A stretch of DNA of 64,000 nucleotides, taken from an uncultured virus (IMG/VR IMGVR_UViG_3300044645_001931). Taxonomy: Duplodnaviria > Heunggongvirae > Uroviricota > Caudoviricetes. The notes under the pieces were generated by a model. That model was given only the letters and a program-made list of their open reading frames with translations, did not search any database and was not told where the DNA came from. How positions within the stretch are numbered: the first letter of the stretch is position 1; every line of letters starts with the position of its first letter. The position numbers and the translations under genes are program-made. Location of the stretch: IMG/VR virus record IMGVR_UViG_3300044645_001931, one strand, 5' to 3'. Positions 7,990 to 17,703 of this stretch are shown one piece after another.

Positions 7990-8564
7990 CAGCCATTCCG
8001 CAAAGTAGCCTTGATTTGCCAAGCAGCCTTGAAGGCTTGACCACACAGCTCAGCCATGTAGTTCTGAATATCAATAGCACCCACCTTGGCAGCAATAGGC
8101 TCCAGTTTTTTGGACTTCATGCCAAGTTCTTCAAGGTTCTTGTAGTACGTGGCGAGCATCTCTGTTCCCTTGTAGCTGGTAACATGCTGGATGCCAGGAC
8201 CAGCATCAGCTAGCCCCTTGGCGCACATGGGCATCAGATAGTCCATGCTGCGGATGAACTCACCTAACGTATCGAACTGTTTCAGATGAGCTTTGTATTG
8301 GTCTTTAAGGAACCCATGCACCCCGAGGAAGTTAGGCCCCTCGTAGTTCAGGTGAATGAGATGGGCTTGTGTCTCAAGTTCCTTGAGGTAGGAGGAAAGG
8401 GAGATACATTGCTGGATGAAGGCCCCGACATCACCATTCTTTGATTTGCTTGGAGCTTTAGGTTTGGCCTGCTGCCCTGGAGTCACCCCCATTTGCGGTG
8501 GTTGTTGCGTTTGAGGCGGAGGGGTTTGCGGTGGTTGTTGCGTTTGAGGGCCAGGGGTATACAT
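7989..8564 (-). CDS. dps: Dps/ferritin-like protein with a Pro/Gln-rich N-terminus
   Basis: HLNYEGPNFLGVH...Y...FDTLGEFIR matches the Dps H..H..D..E ferroxidase pattern. Confidence 0.75.
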   Translation of the reverse strand: MYTPGPQTQQPPQTPPPQTQQPPQMGVTPGQQAKPKAPSKSKNGDVGAFIQQCISLSSYLKELETQAHLIHLNYEGPNFLGVHGFLKDQYKAHLKQFDTLGEFIRSMDYLMPMCAKGLADAGPGIQHVTSYKGTEMLATYYKNLEELGMKSKKLEPIAAKVGAIDIQNYMAELCGQAFKAAWQIKATLRNG

Positions 8565-8609
8565 AGCTTTTAATCAATAGTTCTAGTTTACCAAAAACAA
8601 ATCAACCCC

Positions 8610-9929
8610 TCAGCGAGATATTTCCTCCCAGTCCATGGAAGAAAGGACATCAGCTCCAGCAGATGCACTGCTGCATGCCAAGGTCAATTCTATTGCAGTA
8701 CTAGTAAGACCATTACGCTCTAACTGGAATGAAAACAAAGCTTCTTTCAGGATATCAATAACAGTTGAACCTTGGTTAGAACCGTTGGTAAAACCACTTG
8801 CCAACACACGTCCTGTTCCCATGGCAAAGGATGTGCCAGTGATGTTGTATTCAACGGAAGAAGTTGCTCCAGTGGTATCCCATGATCCACCTGTGGTTGT
8901 GCCACCGGCAATTACTTTCCAGTTGTAGTTTGAATTGTTAGTAATACCCATGATTGACAACGCAGTCAAAATAACAATTGCATCAAGACGAGTTGATTTA
9001 AGACGAATAGAAATAACAGGGTATTCAGTAGAGACGTTTGTTAGATCACGTGGTGATGCAATCGGAGTACCAATAGCAGACTGTGCTCCACGTAGTTCAT
9101 ATCCACCTTCCGATAGGACTGTCGAACAAACTTGCTTTAAAGTACTGTTGCTTGCCGTAGTACCTACATTAGTAATTTCATAACGCAACGGCAAAGATGC
9201 CGTTGTTATATAAGTGGATGTAATTAGATTGGCGTGATGGAATGAATGGCAGTGAATAAATGCACCATTAATTACAAACCCTGCACGTACAGTACCGAGG
9301 CCAAGCCATTCAATATCAAACCAAAGGATTTGAGCCTTGGTGAGATCAAGTGTAAAACCTGAGGGTCCATTGCCATCTAGTTTGTCAATGTTCCAGTTAG
9401 CTTGTGCTACTCGTGTTTCAGCAAGGCTTCCACTTACAGAACTACGTTCAACCAAAACTGGTCCTGTGGTACCACTGACTTCTAAGTACATGCCATTAGC
9501 AGCACCGTAGTAACCAACACGTTGCCGTAGGTTTGCCTTTGCCGCATTCATGACAAAGGTCGACATAAACAACAAGGATTTCCCTGGTTGATACGAACAG
9601 ACTTTGTTGGTTTCCCTGATGATCTCAGAACCAGATGTAGTGGTTACATTGAGATCAACAAGGCCTTGGTTTGCGTTGAATGCAAACGTACCACCAGCAC
9701 CACTGGAGGTAGACCACAAACCATTGTCGTTATAACGATGGCTTGAATCAAATAGGGTCAGAGGTGCTGATACACGTGTCCTTCCAAATGCATCTCCAGC
9801 CATTCCTGCAGGTTGCGTATAAACAGTATTACCACTTGCAGTAGTTACCTCAAGGGGTTGACCACTGCAAGTCTGTACTTTTACGACTTCATATAGAAGG
9901 GGTTCACCCGCTTCTCTATATACTGGCAT
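8610..9929 (-). CDS. Putative virion structural protein (beta-rich, Thr/Ser/Gly-rich)
   Basis: DAFGRTRVS..TLFDS, YQPGKS and IEWLGLGTVR motifs, recalled from phage structural proteins. Confidence 0.65.
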   Translation of the reverse strand: MPVYREAGEPLLYEVVKVQTCSGQPLEVTTASGNTVYTQPAGMAGDAFGRTRVSAPLTLFDSSHRYNDNGLWSTSSGAGGTFAFNANQGLVDLNVTTTSGSEIIRETNKVCSYQPGKSLLFMSTFVMNAAKANLRQRVGYYGAANGMYLEVSGTTGPVLVERSSVSGSLAETRVAQANWNIDKLDGNGPSGFTLDLTKAQILWFDIEWLGLGTVRAGFVINGAFIHCHSFHHANLITSTYITTASLPLRYEITNVGTTASNSTLKQVCSTVLSEGGYELRGAQSAIGTPIASPRDLTNVSTEYPVISIRLKSTRLDAIVILTALSIMGITNNSNYNWKVIAGGTTTGGSWDTTGATSSVEYNITGTSFAMGTGRVLASGFTNGSNQGSTVIDILKEALFSFQLERNGLTSTAIELTLACSSASAGADVLSSMDWEEISR

Positions 9930-9933
9930 TGCA

Positions 9934-10173
9934 TTAATTCTTATTTCCTTTCTTTATTATCTCACTACGCCACTTGGCGCGTAGATGTCCATAATCACGA
10001 GGTTCAGTGACAGATACATCTACAGCACCACACACACCACACGTACCTTGGTGGTAGGTGGCATAGTGATGCGGCGGTCCTACATAGGTACCACGCTTGT
10101 ACCACGTGCCATAGTTCTCACCACAGCAATGGCAGATCCACTGCGGATATTCAGAATCATTAGCACGTGACAT
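9934..10173 (-). CDS. Small Zn-finger protein
   Basis: CHCCG...CGVCG...EPRDYGHL. Confidence 0.6.
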   Translation of the reverse strand: MSRANDSEYPQWICHCCGENYGTWYKRGTYVGPPHHYATYHQGTCGVCGAVDVSVTEPRDYGHLRAKWRSEIIKKGNKN

Positions 10174-10535
10174 CAGTCTTGACCAAGGTGATGATAGCGC
10201 AGCATATCAACCAGTTCTTTGGTGCGTTGATATTCTTTTTCTGAATAGCCCATTGCTTCTACTGCTGCCTGGTAAAAAGCTTTGTAGAAGTCTTTGCCAC
10301 TCAATTCGTATTGGTATTCAGCAAGTGTGTCAGCAAAATGCTCACGTGCTTTTTCAATCCACATTGCTTTTGGATCAGTGTCAATCAAAGTCTCAACTGC
10401 GTTGGTGGTGTCGTGCATGTTTTCGCGTAAGTCTTTGGCTTCTAAAGGTTTGTCCGTTTGAGCAACAATACGGTGTTTGCGGTACCAATCTTGCCAGCTT
10501 TTAACGCTGTCTATAGGTTCTTGTGTGGTGTCCAT
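10173..10535 (-). CDS. Hypothetical protein
   Basis: ORF coupled to the downstream gene. Confidence 0.6.
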   Translation of the reverse strand: MDTTQEPIDSVKSWQDWYRKHRIVAQTDKPLEAKDLRENMHDTTNAVETLIDTDPKAMWIEKAREHFADTLAEYQYELSGKDFYKAFYQAAVEAMGYSEKEYQRTKELVDMLRYHHLGQD

Positions 10536-10599
10536 AAGTAAAAAGGGACGTACCACTAGTGTGGCACGCCCAACAACAAAAGTGTGTTCAGTGTAAACC

Positions 10600-10845
10600 T
10601 TAAGAAACAGGTTCGAGCTTGCCTTCCTCGTAAAGACGGACAGCTTCCATCATTTCAAAGTACCGATCCCGCATGATGGGGCCAGCCTCCCGAAGACAGA
10701 AGTTTTCCCATAAACCAGTGTAAAGACCAACAACACCGGGACCAGCCTTGGCACGCCCGCTGCATTGGTACATGTGCTCCATAAAATCAGCTTTGCGTTG
10801 CTCAGCGTTAACGTCCCAGCCGGCAAGGTAATCAGAATTCATCAT
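10600..10845 (-). CDS. Hypothetical protein
   Basis: MMNSDYLAGWD...GLYTGLW; start uncertain. Confidence 0.55.
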   Translation of the reverse strand: MMNSDYLAGWDVNAEQRKADFMEHMYQCSGRAKAGPGVVGLYTGLWENFCLREAGPIMRDRYFEMMEAVRLYEEGKLEPVS

Positions 10846-11041
10846 GTTGGTTGTAAGGTGCAATAGATGTGCAGTGGGAGTCCATCCCAATAACCTGATC
10901 TAACTCAAAGACAAGGTTGTGGAGTTCATCTTGAAGAGCTTCTGCAATTTCGTCGGCAGTTTTGCCGCCAAAAGAGTTGTACTCAACTTCAATGTCAACC
11001 TCAAATGAGACGGTCAACTTAGGAACGGGAACGGTTTTCAT
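10832..11041 (-). CDS. Hypothetical protein
   Basis: Acidic 69 aa ORF. Confidence 0.55.
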   Translation of the reverse strand: MKTVPVPKLTVSFEVDIEVEYNSFGGKTADEIAEALQDELHNLVFELDQVIGMDSHCTSIAPYNQHDEF

Positions 11042-11077
11042 TCCTTGGAATAAAGACTTACTTACCTTAGCAGGAAT

Positions 11078-11341
11078 TTAACTTCCCAGAAGCCTTTCTA
11101 GAGAATGCGCTTGATGCTCTTGGTAATAACCAAGACGTTTTTGAATCAGGTTGTAGTAATTGATGGCAGCATCTACCATCTCTTCTGCATCCATTGATGC
11201 GGCAAGGTTTTCATTAGAAAGCATGGCTGCTGTCAAGATGACAACACCATGCTCCATCTTGGAACCAATCGTTGCGGAAAGAGGAGTCCCATCATTGGTG
11301 AAACCAGCAATCAACTTATTAAGAACTTGATCGCCACCCAT
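11078..11341 (-). CDS. Hypothetical protein
   Basis: 87 aa ORF with AGGAG SD and TACAAT upstream. Confidence 0.7.
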   Translation of the reverse strand: MGGDQVLNKLIAGFTNDGTPLSATIGSKMEHGVVILTAAMLSNENLAASMDAEEMVDAAINYYNLIQKRLGYYQEHQAHSLERLLGS

Positions 11342-11375
11342 GAGACTCCTACAGCTTTACCTATTGTACAGGCAT

Positions 11376-11600
11376 TTACTTAGCTGACTTTTCCCGCTGG
11401 AGGTAGTACCAATATGCATTGGATGAATTTTGGTGAAACCGTTTACCAACAAGAAGCTTGAGTTTCTTTTCCTCAAGATCACTATGCTCATCAAGGTGGT
11501 AAGGAATAACCTCACCGTTTTCTTTAAGCATGTCCAGCTGCAGACCGTTCATCTCTAGTTGAAGATCAAAGTCTTTGATGGCGTGATCATGACAGCTCAT
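11376..11600 (-). CDS. Hypothetical protein (start may lie further upstream, inside the Gp157-like gene)
   Basis: C-terminal part of ORF 11376..11981. Confidence 0.5.
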   Translation of the reverse strand: MSCHDHAIKDFDLQLEMNGLQLDMLKENGEVIPYHLDEHSDLEEKKLKLLVGKRFHQNSSNAYWYYLQREKSAK

Positions 11601-11622
11601 CTTGATGCGAGCGTCATCACAA

Positions 11623-12336
11623 TCAGTCGGCGCTGGAATCTTCTGGTAGAAGCTCTCCTGGATACTCGGATGAAACCATTTCCACTCTTGGCTCTCCAAA
11701 GATGCGCTTGGATCGTACTGAGTATTCTTGGACGACTTTGACACCGTGTGGGAGCTGTCGACCTTCTTGATAGGCGCTGCGTATGGCATCGAGGTTAGGG
11801 AGGACTTTAGTGGTTGTTTTAGGTTCTGTTCTTTGGTCAAGAACTTCTCCTGACATTGATCGTAATACAACTCGCTTGGTTGTGGTGATTTCTTCTTCAA
11901 CGCAATAAAGTTCTCTTTCTGTAGTGTGCCAAAACTCCGGGTCCGATGAGACCTCGACTGTAAGTTCCTTCTTTTTAACAAGGGTGAACTGGTAATTGCG
12001 ACCGGTGATTTTGTTCGAGTCCAGTGGTAGGACCCGACGCAAATAATTTAGCAGGCCTTTGAGTGAGCGCAGTTGAGATTCGTGGTGCCGCTTGGACTGC
12101 GTAATCAAGTCACCTTCTTTCTTGATGCGTTCCAGTGCATCCTCATGGGACGCCATTGCGTAATAGATACGATCAATCTTTTCTGAGCGTAGGTTGGCAC
12201 AACTTTCAAGCTCAGCTTTCGCCAGCTCCTGGGACTCAGGAGTAAGTAAAGGCAGTGATTTTTCAAGAGCATTGTAGTGCTCGTAGAGTTTAATAACAGT
12301 TAAGTCCTTGAGTTTAGCCTGTGTGATCTGAGTCAT
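11623..12336 (-). CDS. Siphovirus Gp157-like coiled-coil protein
   Basis: EKIDRIYY...IKKEGDL..SK.....LRSLKGLL pattern and C-terminal LPHGVKVVQ. Confidence 0.6.
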   Translation of the reverse strand: MTQITQAKLKDLTVIKLYEHYNALEKSLPLLTPESQELAKAELESCANLRSEKIDRIYYAMASHEDALERIKKEGDLITQSKRHHESQLRSLKGLLNYLRRVLPLDSNKITGRNYQFTLVKKKELTVEVSSDPEFWHTTERELYCVEEEITTTKRVVLRSMSGEVLDQRTEPKTTTKVLPNLDAIRSAYQEGRQLPHGVKVVQEYSVRSKRIFGEPRVEMVSSEYPGELLPEDSSAD

Positions 12337-12339
12337 GGT

Positions 12340-12453
12340 TCAGTTGAATTGAGTTTGAAACTTGTTGAAGAGATAGGTCAGCGCTATGCCAGCCGCTGCC
12401 CAAAGCAAGTCTTTCATCACCGGAAGTACGGCGGCAAACAAAGATTCAAACAT
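12340..12453 (-). CDS. Small membrane peptide (37 aa)
   Basis: MFESLFAAVLPVMKDLLWAAAGIALTYLFNKFQTQFN, preceded by the pseudoknot and leader motif. Confidence 0.55.
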   Translation of the reverse strand: MFESLFAAVLPVMKDLLWAAAGIALTYLFNKFQTQFN

Positions 12454-12525
12454 GGTGTGGTGTTGAGATGAGTGGTCAGTTTTACGTCATGACCAGGACG
12501 GCAACACTGCAGGGTTTGTGCGTGT

Positions 12526-12912
12526 TTAGTCTACCAGGCGATCAGCAATGCCGGTGAGCCCCTTGGTGGTGACCGCAACTAACTCAGCAATGTAGTCGTT
12601 CAGTGCTTCGACCTTGGCATTGACGGATTTGATTTCTTCCATCAGCTCTTCCCTGGAGGGACTCAGACCAAAGATGTCGTTGTCTTTGATGGCCTCAGGG
12701 TTGTTGGTCTTTTGGTACCGCCGGCAATCATCGTTGGTAGTGTACACAGCTTCTTGGTACATCTCTGAGACAGTTTTGAAGTCAACATTGCCGACCCCTT
12801 CGCTGCTCAAAATGTTGCAGGTATCCAAGTAAAGCTTGGCAGCAGCACGGATGTTCTTGTGGAAGAACTCCTTGTACTGTTCAGACGAAAGTCCGTAGGT
12901 GTCAATCGACAT
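12526..12912 (-). CDS. Hypothetical protein
   Basis: MSIDTYGLSSEQY... with a coiled-coil C-terminus. Confidence 0.65.
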   Translation of the reverse strand: MSIDTYGLSSEQYKEFFHKNIRAAAKLYLDTCNILSSEGVGNVDFKTVSEMYQEAVYTTNDDCRRYQKTNNPEAIKDNDIFGLSPSREELMEEIKSVNAKVEALNDYIAELVAVTTKGLTGIADRLVD

Positions 12913-13117
12913 AGCAATCACAAGCTTCTCGGAGTGCATTAATCATAAAGGTTTCTTGGCCTTCCGGACCTAGGTCGGTCCACCATTGAAGATCGGGATC
13001 TGTTTCATCCCATTCAATATGAATGGTCATGGAACCATCGTCTTCCTCAATGCATTCAATCTGTAGCTTGTTGATCGAGTCCGGATTCAATATGCCCAAT
13101 GAGGATGTGTTCTGCAT
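12902..13117 (-). CDS. Hypothetical acidic protein
   Basis: EEDDGSMTIHIEWDETDP; start uncertain. Confidence 0.55.
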   Translation of the reverse strand: MQNTSSLGILNPDSINKLQIECIEEDDGSMTIHIEWDETDPDLQWWTDLGPEGQETFMINALREACDCYVD

Positions 13118-13286
13118 AAGTTTCACAATCAGTTTTGATTTCTGCACCTAGCTTAACAAGACCCCAGTAGGTGTCTTCATCAAGTTCAAGGTGCAGTGAG
13201 TACTTGCCGTTGGATAGCATCATTTGTTTTGGAAAAGGTTTGTTGACTAACTCTGTTGCGTACTTGCGTAGATCAGGGTCAATCAT
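13056..13286 (-). CDS. Hypothetical protein
   Basis: MIDPDLRKY..., coupled to the SWIM gene stop. Confidence 0.55.
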   Translation of the reverse strand: MIDPDLRKYATELVNKPFPKQMMLSNGKYSLHLELDEDTYWGLVKLGAEIKTDCETYAEHILIGHIESGLDQQATD

Positions 13287-14224
13287 TGTTTCTTGATAGC
13301 AGACTTGAGTTGGGGCAATGCAGTACCAGGGAATGGAACGTAGCCAGCCTCCATCATATTGAAGAACAAATCCCATGCAGCATGCTGTGTAAAGATATCC
13401 TTTGGCTTGTAGGTGCGCCAATGACTGAGCGGAGCTTGTGCCCCTGAGTTTGTATACAACAATACAAAGCGTCCATCACTGATGTGATCAGCGGGTGGTG
13501 CGTACCACCAGGCAACACACTTCTCAGGTGTGCCACTGGGGCTAGCATTCCGTGCTTCGGTGCGCTTGCACAACAGCTCACGGTACTTATTGAACCAACT
13601 CAGGTGGATGCACCAGGGTTTGAATCCTTCGATCTCGGACGCAAAGTCAGATACGTTGCTGAGCTGACGCTGATACGACCCACACGAACACCAAGGTTCA
13701 CCCACGACAGGTGTGGACTGGTCAGCTTCCATGTCGCTGTCAAAATCAATGGGCCGATTCGGAAGCCGCAATCCGTCTGGTGCAACCAAATGTCCAATAT
13801 CCGTTTGGTCGGACTGGAGGAGATGGAGGACTTTGTTGGTGTCTGATACATGTATAAATTTGTCAGCCCAATGTGCCTGGAGTTTTGCATTAGATGTCAG
13901 GTGTCCGAGTGCGTGCGAGTAGTTCCATCCTTTAAACAATACGTAAGCATTGTTGTGCCATACACTAGGGCCACGATAATTAGGACCAAGATAGGAAAAG
14001 AAATCTTTGAGACGGTGGGTGTAGTTTGTATGGGCAACCTTGATTAGTTCCCTGTTGTAAGTCTGCTCACTACCATCGCGATGCACCACAAGGCAATCGT
14101 CACCTCGCAGATAAATGCCGGAGACTTCAGTGTCATCAAAATCCTGGAACGCACGCCGGATGTTTGACCGCGTGTAGATCGCCGCTTGCGCCGCGTTGAG
14201 TTCGAGTTGGGTTTGAGTTGACAT
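13283..14224 (-). CDS. SWIM-type Zn-finger protein
   Basis: WCSCGSY...WCIHL (CxC...CxH). Confidence 0.7.
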   Translation of the reverse strand: MSTQTQLELNAAQAAIYTRSNIRRAFQDFDDTEVSGIYLRGDDCLVVHRDGSEQTYNRELIKVAHTNYTHRLKDFFSYLGPNYRGPSVWHNNAYVLFKGWNYSHALGHLTSNAKLQAHWADKFIHVSDTNKVLHLLQSDQTDIGHLVAPDGLRLPNRPIDFDSDMEADQSTPVVGEPWCSCGSYQRQLSNVSDFASEIEGFKPWCIHLSWFNKYRELLCKRTEARNASPSGTPEKCVAWWYAPPADHISDGRFVLLYTNSGAQAPLSHWRTYKPKDIFTQHAAWDLFFNMMEAGYVPFPGTALPQLKSAIKKQ

Positions 14225-14242
14225 GGTTGGTGTTGAGTTGAG

Positions 14243-14434
14243 TTAGTGCTTGCGCCAGTAGTCCTGCTGGGCCTGGTCCTCCTTGGCTTTCTGGTACGCC
14301 CCTTTAGCCATCCTATACGATCCATAGATCACGGCAGCCCAGGCTGCGGGAGATGGTAACAGTAGCGCCACAGCAGCGGTGACCAGTGCCGTGGTACCAC
14401 CCACCTTAATAGCAGCTTTCTTTTCTGGTTTCAT
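14243..14434 (-). CDS. Small membrane protein
   Basis: Hydrophobic central segment. Confidence 0.55.
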   Translation of the reverse strand: MKPEKKAAIKVGGTTALVTAAVALLLPSPAAWAAVIYGSYRMAKGAYQKAKEDQAQQDYWRKH

Positions 14435-14514
14435 GTGTTGAATCCTTAACACAAATGGAAGGTTTAAGTCAAGTCTACTGTTGCAGGTAGAATAATTTGA
14501 AACAATTAAATCCC

Positions 14515-14748
14515 ATGTTGCAGTTTGAAATGGGTCCAGAAGAAGCCTTCTGGCAAGAAAAGATGATACGTTCCATTAAAGAATGCAATTCAATGAGTGA
14601 GTTAAAAGAAATGGCGACCTTGCTTACGAAGATCGCCACGATGCGTCAAGTTGCAATCAAAGGTTTAGTAAAGGATGCCATGGACTTGATGAGCAATCAA
14701 GTTGACCGTGACATCCTGAACAGACTCAGAGACTCTGGTCCTCAATAA
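14515..14748 (+). CDS. Hypothetical protein
   Basis: TAGAAT upstream; helical 77 aa ORF. Confidence 0.55.
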   Translation: MLQFEMGPEEAFWQEKMIRSIKECNSMSELKEMATLLTKIATMRQVAIKGLVKDAMDLMSNQVDRDILNRLRDSGPQ

Positions 14749-15199
14749 GGTAAGCCCAATTGCGTGCTTCCCAATAACTGATTGCGTTTTGACTACACTG
14801 ATATAAATCAGCAATTTTTTGCTGACTCATCCCAGTTGTTCGCAACTCTTTCATTTGATTTAATTGTTCAAGCGTAAAAATCCTCCTTGGTTTTCGTCGC
14901 ATTCGATTGCGATTGATTGCATCTTGTACGTTATCTGCTTGTGTACCAGGTAACAAATGCAAAGGATTACAACATGCTGGATTATCACAAGTATGTCTAA
15001 TGACAATACACGGATTTAAGCAATAGTTGTAATGATGCTCGTAGCTCCAACGATGCGCAAGAATGGGTTTTTGATTTCGTTTAGGATAACCATAACCATC
15101 TCTGTGCCAACGTTTACCTACGTAAGGCCAGCAGGAAGAAAGACCCCCGGAGGGGTCGATCATTCCAAGCAAATCAATAGATGTATTTGCTTTTGTCAT
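14726..15199 (-). CDS. HNH homing endonuclease with C-terminal HTH
   Basis: CWPYVG..DGYG, AHRWSY, HTCDNPACCNPLHL..GTQADN; AT-rich. Confidence 0.85.
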   Translation of the reverse strand: MTKANTSIDLLGMIDPSGGLSSCWPYVGKRWHRDGYGYPKRNQKPILAHRWSYEHHYNYCLNPCIVIRHTCDNPACCNPLHLLPGTQADNVQDAINRNRMRRKPRRIFTLEQLNQMKELRTTGMSQQKIADLYQCSQNAISYWEARNWAYLIEDQSL

Positions 15200-16320
15200 T
15201 AGAGCAAACTAGCATCCTCACCAGTAAGTTCGTTACGTGCAGGCAATGCTTTTACATTAACTGCATTTGTTTCATCTGTTACATCAGTAGTACGAGAGAC
15301 AGGCAGAATCTGTACACCCTCTTTGATTCCGTAGGCACCACCAAGACGCTGCGCATCTAGACGAGAGTGTTGATTAATGTAATCCTCAAACATCTCTTGG
15401 CACTTCCAAGTTGATTCACGATCTTCATCAGGAATCGAAAGACGGCCCAATGATGCAACTGCATCTTCTTGGGAGCTGTAATCAGGAATGTCAAAGGATT
15501 CGATAGCGCAAATCTCAACGTTGTTGGCACCACGCATCTCATTAGCAAGCACAGGGATAAACACTGTGGTGGCATAAAACTTTTCGTTGAATGCTAGGGG
15601 CACTTCAGCTCCCAGTGCTTTGCTCAAACACTTAGACATTTCTTTTTCATACAGCTTGACTTTATCGGATACGTCAGTACCATTCAATCCCTTGAGGGTA
15701 AGAACCATCGGGATCTTGTGAGCACGCTTGTTGTCTTGAGTCAGAATGTACACAAGGTACTTTGTACGTACACTGTACTTACGCTTGTACATCTCGCCTT
15801 TGCTGTTGGCAAGGTCGGATGCAATCTTGTCGTTTTCAAACAAAGCTTTGGCTTCTGGATCCTCAAAGGTTCCAATCGTCTGCCTCATCCCTGTGGTTTC
15901 TTCCACCATCAGGGGAGAACGCAACAAGATTTGTACGCGTGGCTCAGTAAAGTTCAAGCCTTCTTCAACGGAAGTATTGGGTGCCATGCCAAAGGTTTGC
16001 TTGTAATCCCAGATGACAGAGCCTTTGGTAAACTCATCTTCTGTTGCAGTCCATCCACAAGTATCCAGATCGGATTTGCGGACAAACCAACCACGTACTT
16101 TAGATTTATTTAAAGGTTGGATCGTGACAATACCTTGGTAGCCAGTGATAAACTCTTTGGACTGGAACATCCGGAAGGAGTCAAGTCCACGAGATGCAAG
16201 CGCAGAAGTTTTCTTGGTGGTCATTTTGTTAGAGGTTTTCAGAGAAGGCGCAGAAGTGGTCTCGGATTCAAGTTGATCCATCCACTGATCACTCATCATG
16301 TCAAGCGGAGTTTGCGTCAT
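15199..16320 (-). CDS. DUF5895-like protein (next to SSB; possibly recombination or ssDNA related)
   Basis: PRVQILLRSPL and H.IPMVLTLKG motifs recalled from cyanobacterial DUF5895; start revised to follow the pseudoknot at 16341-16368. Confidence 0.55.
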   Translation of the reverse strand: MTQTPLDMMSDQWMDQLESETTSAPSLKTSNKMTTKKTSALASRGLDSFRMFQSKEFITGYQGIVTIQPLNKSKVRGWFVRKSDLDTCGWTATEDEFTKGSVIWDYKQTFGMAPNTSVEEGLNFTEPRVQILLRSPLMVEETTGMRQTIGTFEDPEAKALFENDKIASDLANSKGEMYKRKYSVRTKYLVYILTQDNKRAHKIPMVLTLKGLNGTDVSDKVKLYEKEMSKCLSKALGAEVPLAFNEKFYATTVFIPVLANEMRGANNVEICAIESFDIPDYSSQEDAVASLGRLSIPDEDRESTWKCQEMFEDYINQHSRLDAQRLGGAYGIKEGVQILPVSRTTDVTDETNAVNVKALPARNELTGEDASLL

Positions 16321-16373
16321 GATTTTTTCGTAGTCAGGAGTAAGCAGTTTAACGTCATGCTCAGGACGAATCA

Positions 16374-16613
16374 TCATTCTGCTTCAGGCTTGTCCCATTC
16401 CATTACGTACTGCTGAGTACGTAATGAATCGAAATATGCCTCAGAAGACTCCTTCATGCATTCAAAGATACTGCTTTCCATGTAGCCACAACCCTTGAGA
16501 AAATCCACAAGGTGATTGATTACATCGTCAGCAACAAGAGCTTTGAATTCATACAGAAGCTTAGTGTGCTCATCCTCATAGAGGAGAGTGAACTGATCAT
16601 GCGTCGGTGTCAT
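16374..16613 (-). CDS. Hypothetical protein
   Basis: FVDFLKGCGY-like motif (HLVDFLKGCGY); start uncertain. Confidence 0.55.
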   Translation of the reverse strand: MTPTHDQFTLLYEDEHTKLLYEFKALVADDVINHLVDFLKGCGYMESSIFECMKESSEAYFDSLRTQQYVMEWDKPEAE

Positions 16614-16827
16614 TGGTTTGTTCGATGTATTGTTGACGAACAAGGCAAAAAATGTTTGCGAGCATATAAGAAGCTTTAGCAATTTTTCCAATTGCTTCTG
16701 AAATATCTATATCTTCTTCCTTGGCATTTTCCATTGCATAACTTATGTTCTCCATAAAGAACTCGTAAGCAATAGCGTCTTCTAAGGAAAGAAGATCTTG
16801 TTCTTGTAAATCAAGTTGAAGAGGCAT
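16597..16827 (-). CDS. Hypothetical protein
   Basis: 76 aa ORF directly after ssb. Confidence 0.5.
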   Translation of the reverse strand: MPLQLDLQEQDLLSLEDAIAYEFFMENISYAMENAKEEDIDISEAIGKIAKASYMLANIFCLVRQQYIEQTNDTDA

Positions 16828-16830
16828 GGA

Positions 16831-17649
16831 TCAGAATGGAGGTTCGTTGTCATCAAAGTTAGGTGCGCTGCCGTACTGACCAGGGAGATCAGGCAGGCCA
16901 CCACCTGAGGCTTGGGTCCAAGGATCCACTGGTTCTTCAGCGGTCTTGCCTCCCCATAGGCTAGCAACGTTATCGGTGGATGCCACGGTTGTCTGGGATG
17001 CCACAGATTTCGATTGAGACTCACCGCTCTTAGGAGCCAGTGTCATCTGCACCAACTGAATCTTGGTGATGCTACGACGCTGCTGGGAGTCTTTGTCCGT
17101 CCATGCGTCAGTAACCAGACGACCACGGATGGTGATGCCTGTTCCTTTACGCGTAAAATTAACCAGTAGTTCAGCTTGGTTTAACTTATCTTGTGCCGTG
17201 TTAATGGCATAGAAGTTAAACAGATCAGCTTGGTTACGACCAGTGTTAACAGAGATAGTTTGATTGGCAATCATCAAGCCATCTGCTGTTGTCTTGAAGG
17301 CACGTGCATCAGTTTGATCAATGTCTTTGATGCAACGTCCAGTCAAGATGACGTCGTTGAGGACAGGGAATGCTTCAGTAACTTGAGCAATAACTCCTCC
17401 ATGGAGCGAGTACGCCTTTGATTCCAAATCAAACCGTAACTTGGCGCCGTGAATGTAGATACGGCTTCCTTTGGAAAAGTCTTTGAATCGGTCGCAGGCT
17501 TTCCCGTAAACATGGAAGGTTAGAAGTGTGGGAGCTTTGTTGCCAACAGGCGGAAGCATTACTTCCGCACAGAGATTAGATGAAGTTGCACTGGTGTATA
17601 CCTCACGAGGATTCTCGTTAAGGATGGCGCAAACGTCAACGTAATTCAT
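16831..17649 (-). CDS. ssb: Single-stranded DNA-binding protein, apparently with two OB folds
   Basis: KGSRIYIHG and RKGTGITIRGRLVTDAWTDK; acidic tail DDNEPPF. Confidence 0.8.
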   Translation of the reverse strand: MNYVDVCAILNENPREVYTSATSSNLCAEVMLPPVGNKAPTLLTFHVYGKACDRFKDFSKGSRIYIHGAKLRFDLESKAYSLHGGVIAQVTEAFPVLNDVILTGRCIKDIDQTDARAFKTTADGLMIANQTISVNTGRNQADLFNFYAINTAQDKLNQAELLVNFTRKGTGITIRGRLVTDAWTDKDSQQRRSITKIQLVQMTLAPKSGESQSKSVASQTTVASTDNVASLWGGKTAEEPVDPWTQASGGGLPDLPGQYGSAPNFDDNEPPF

Positions 17650-17703
17650 GAGATCAGATGTGAAGTGTTAAAGCAGTTTAACGTCATGCTTAGGACGTTT
17701 TAC

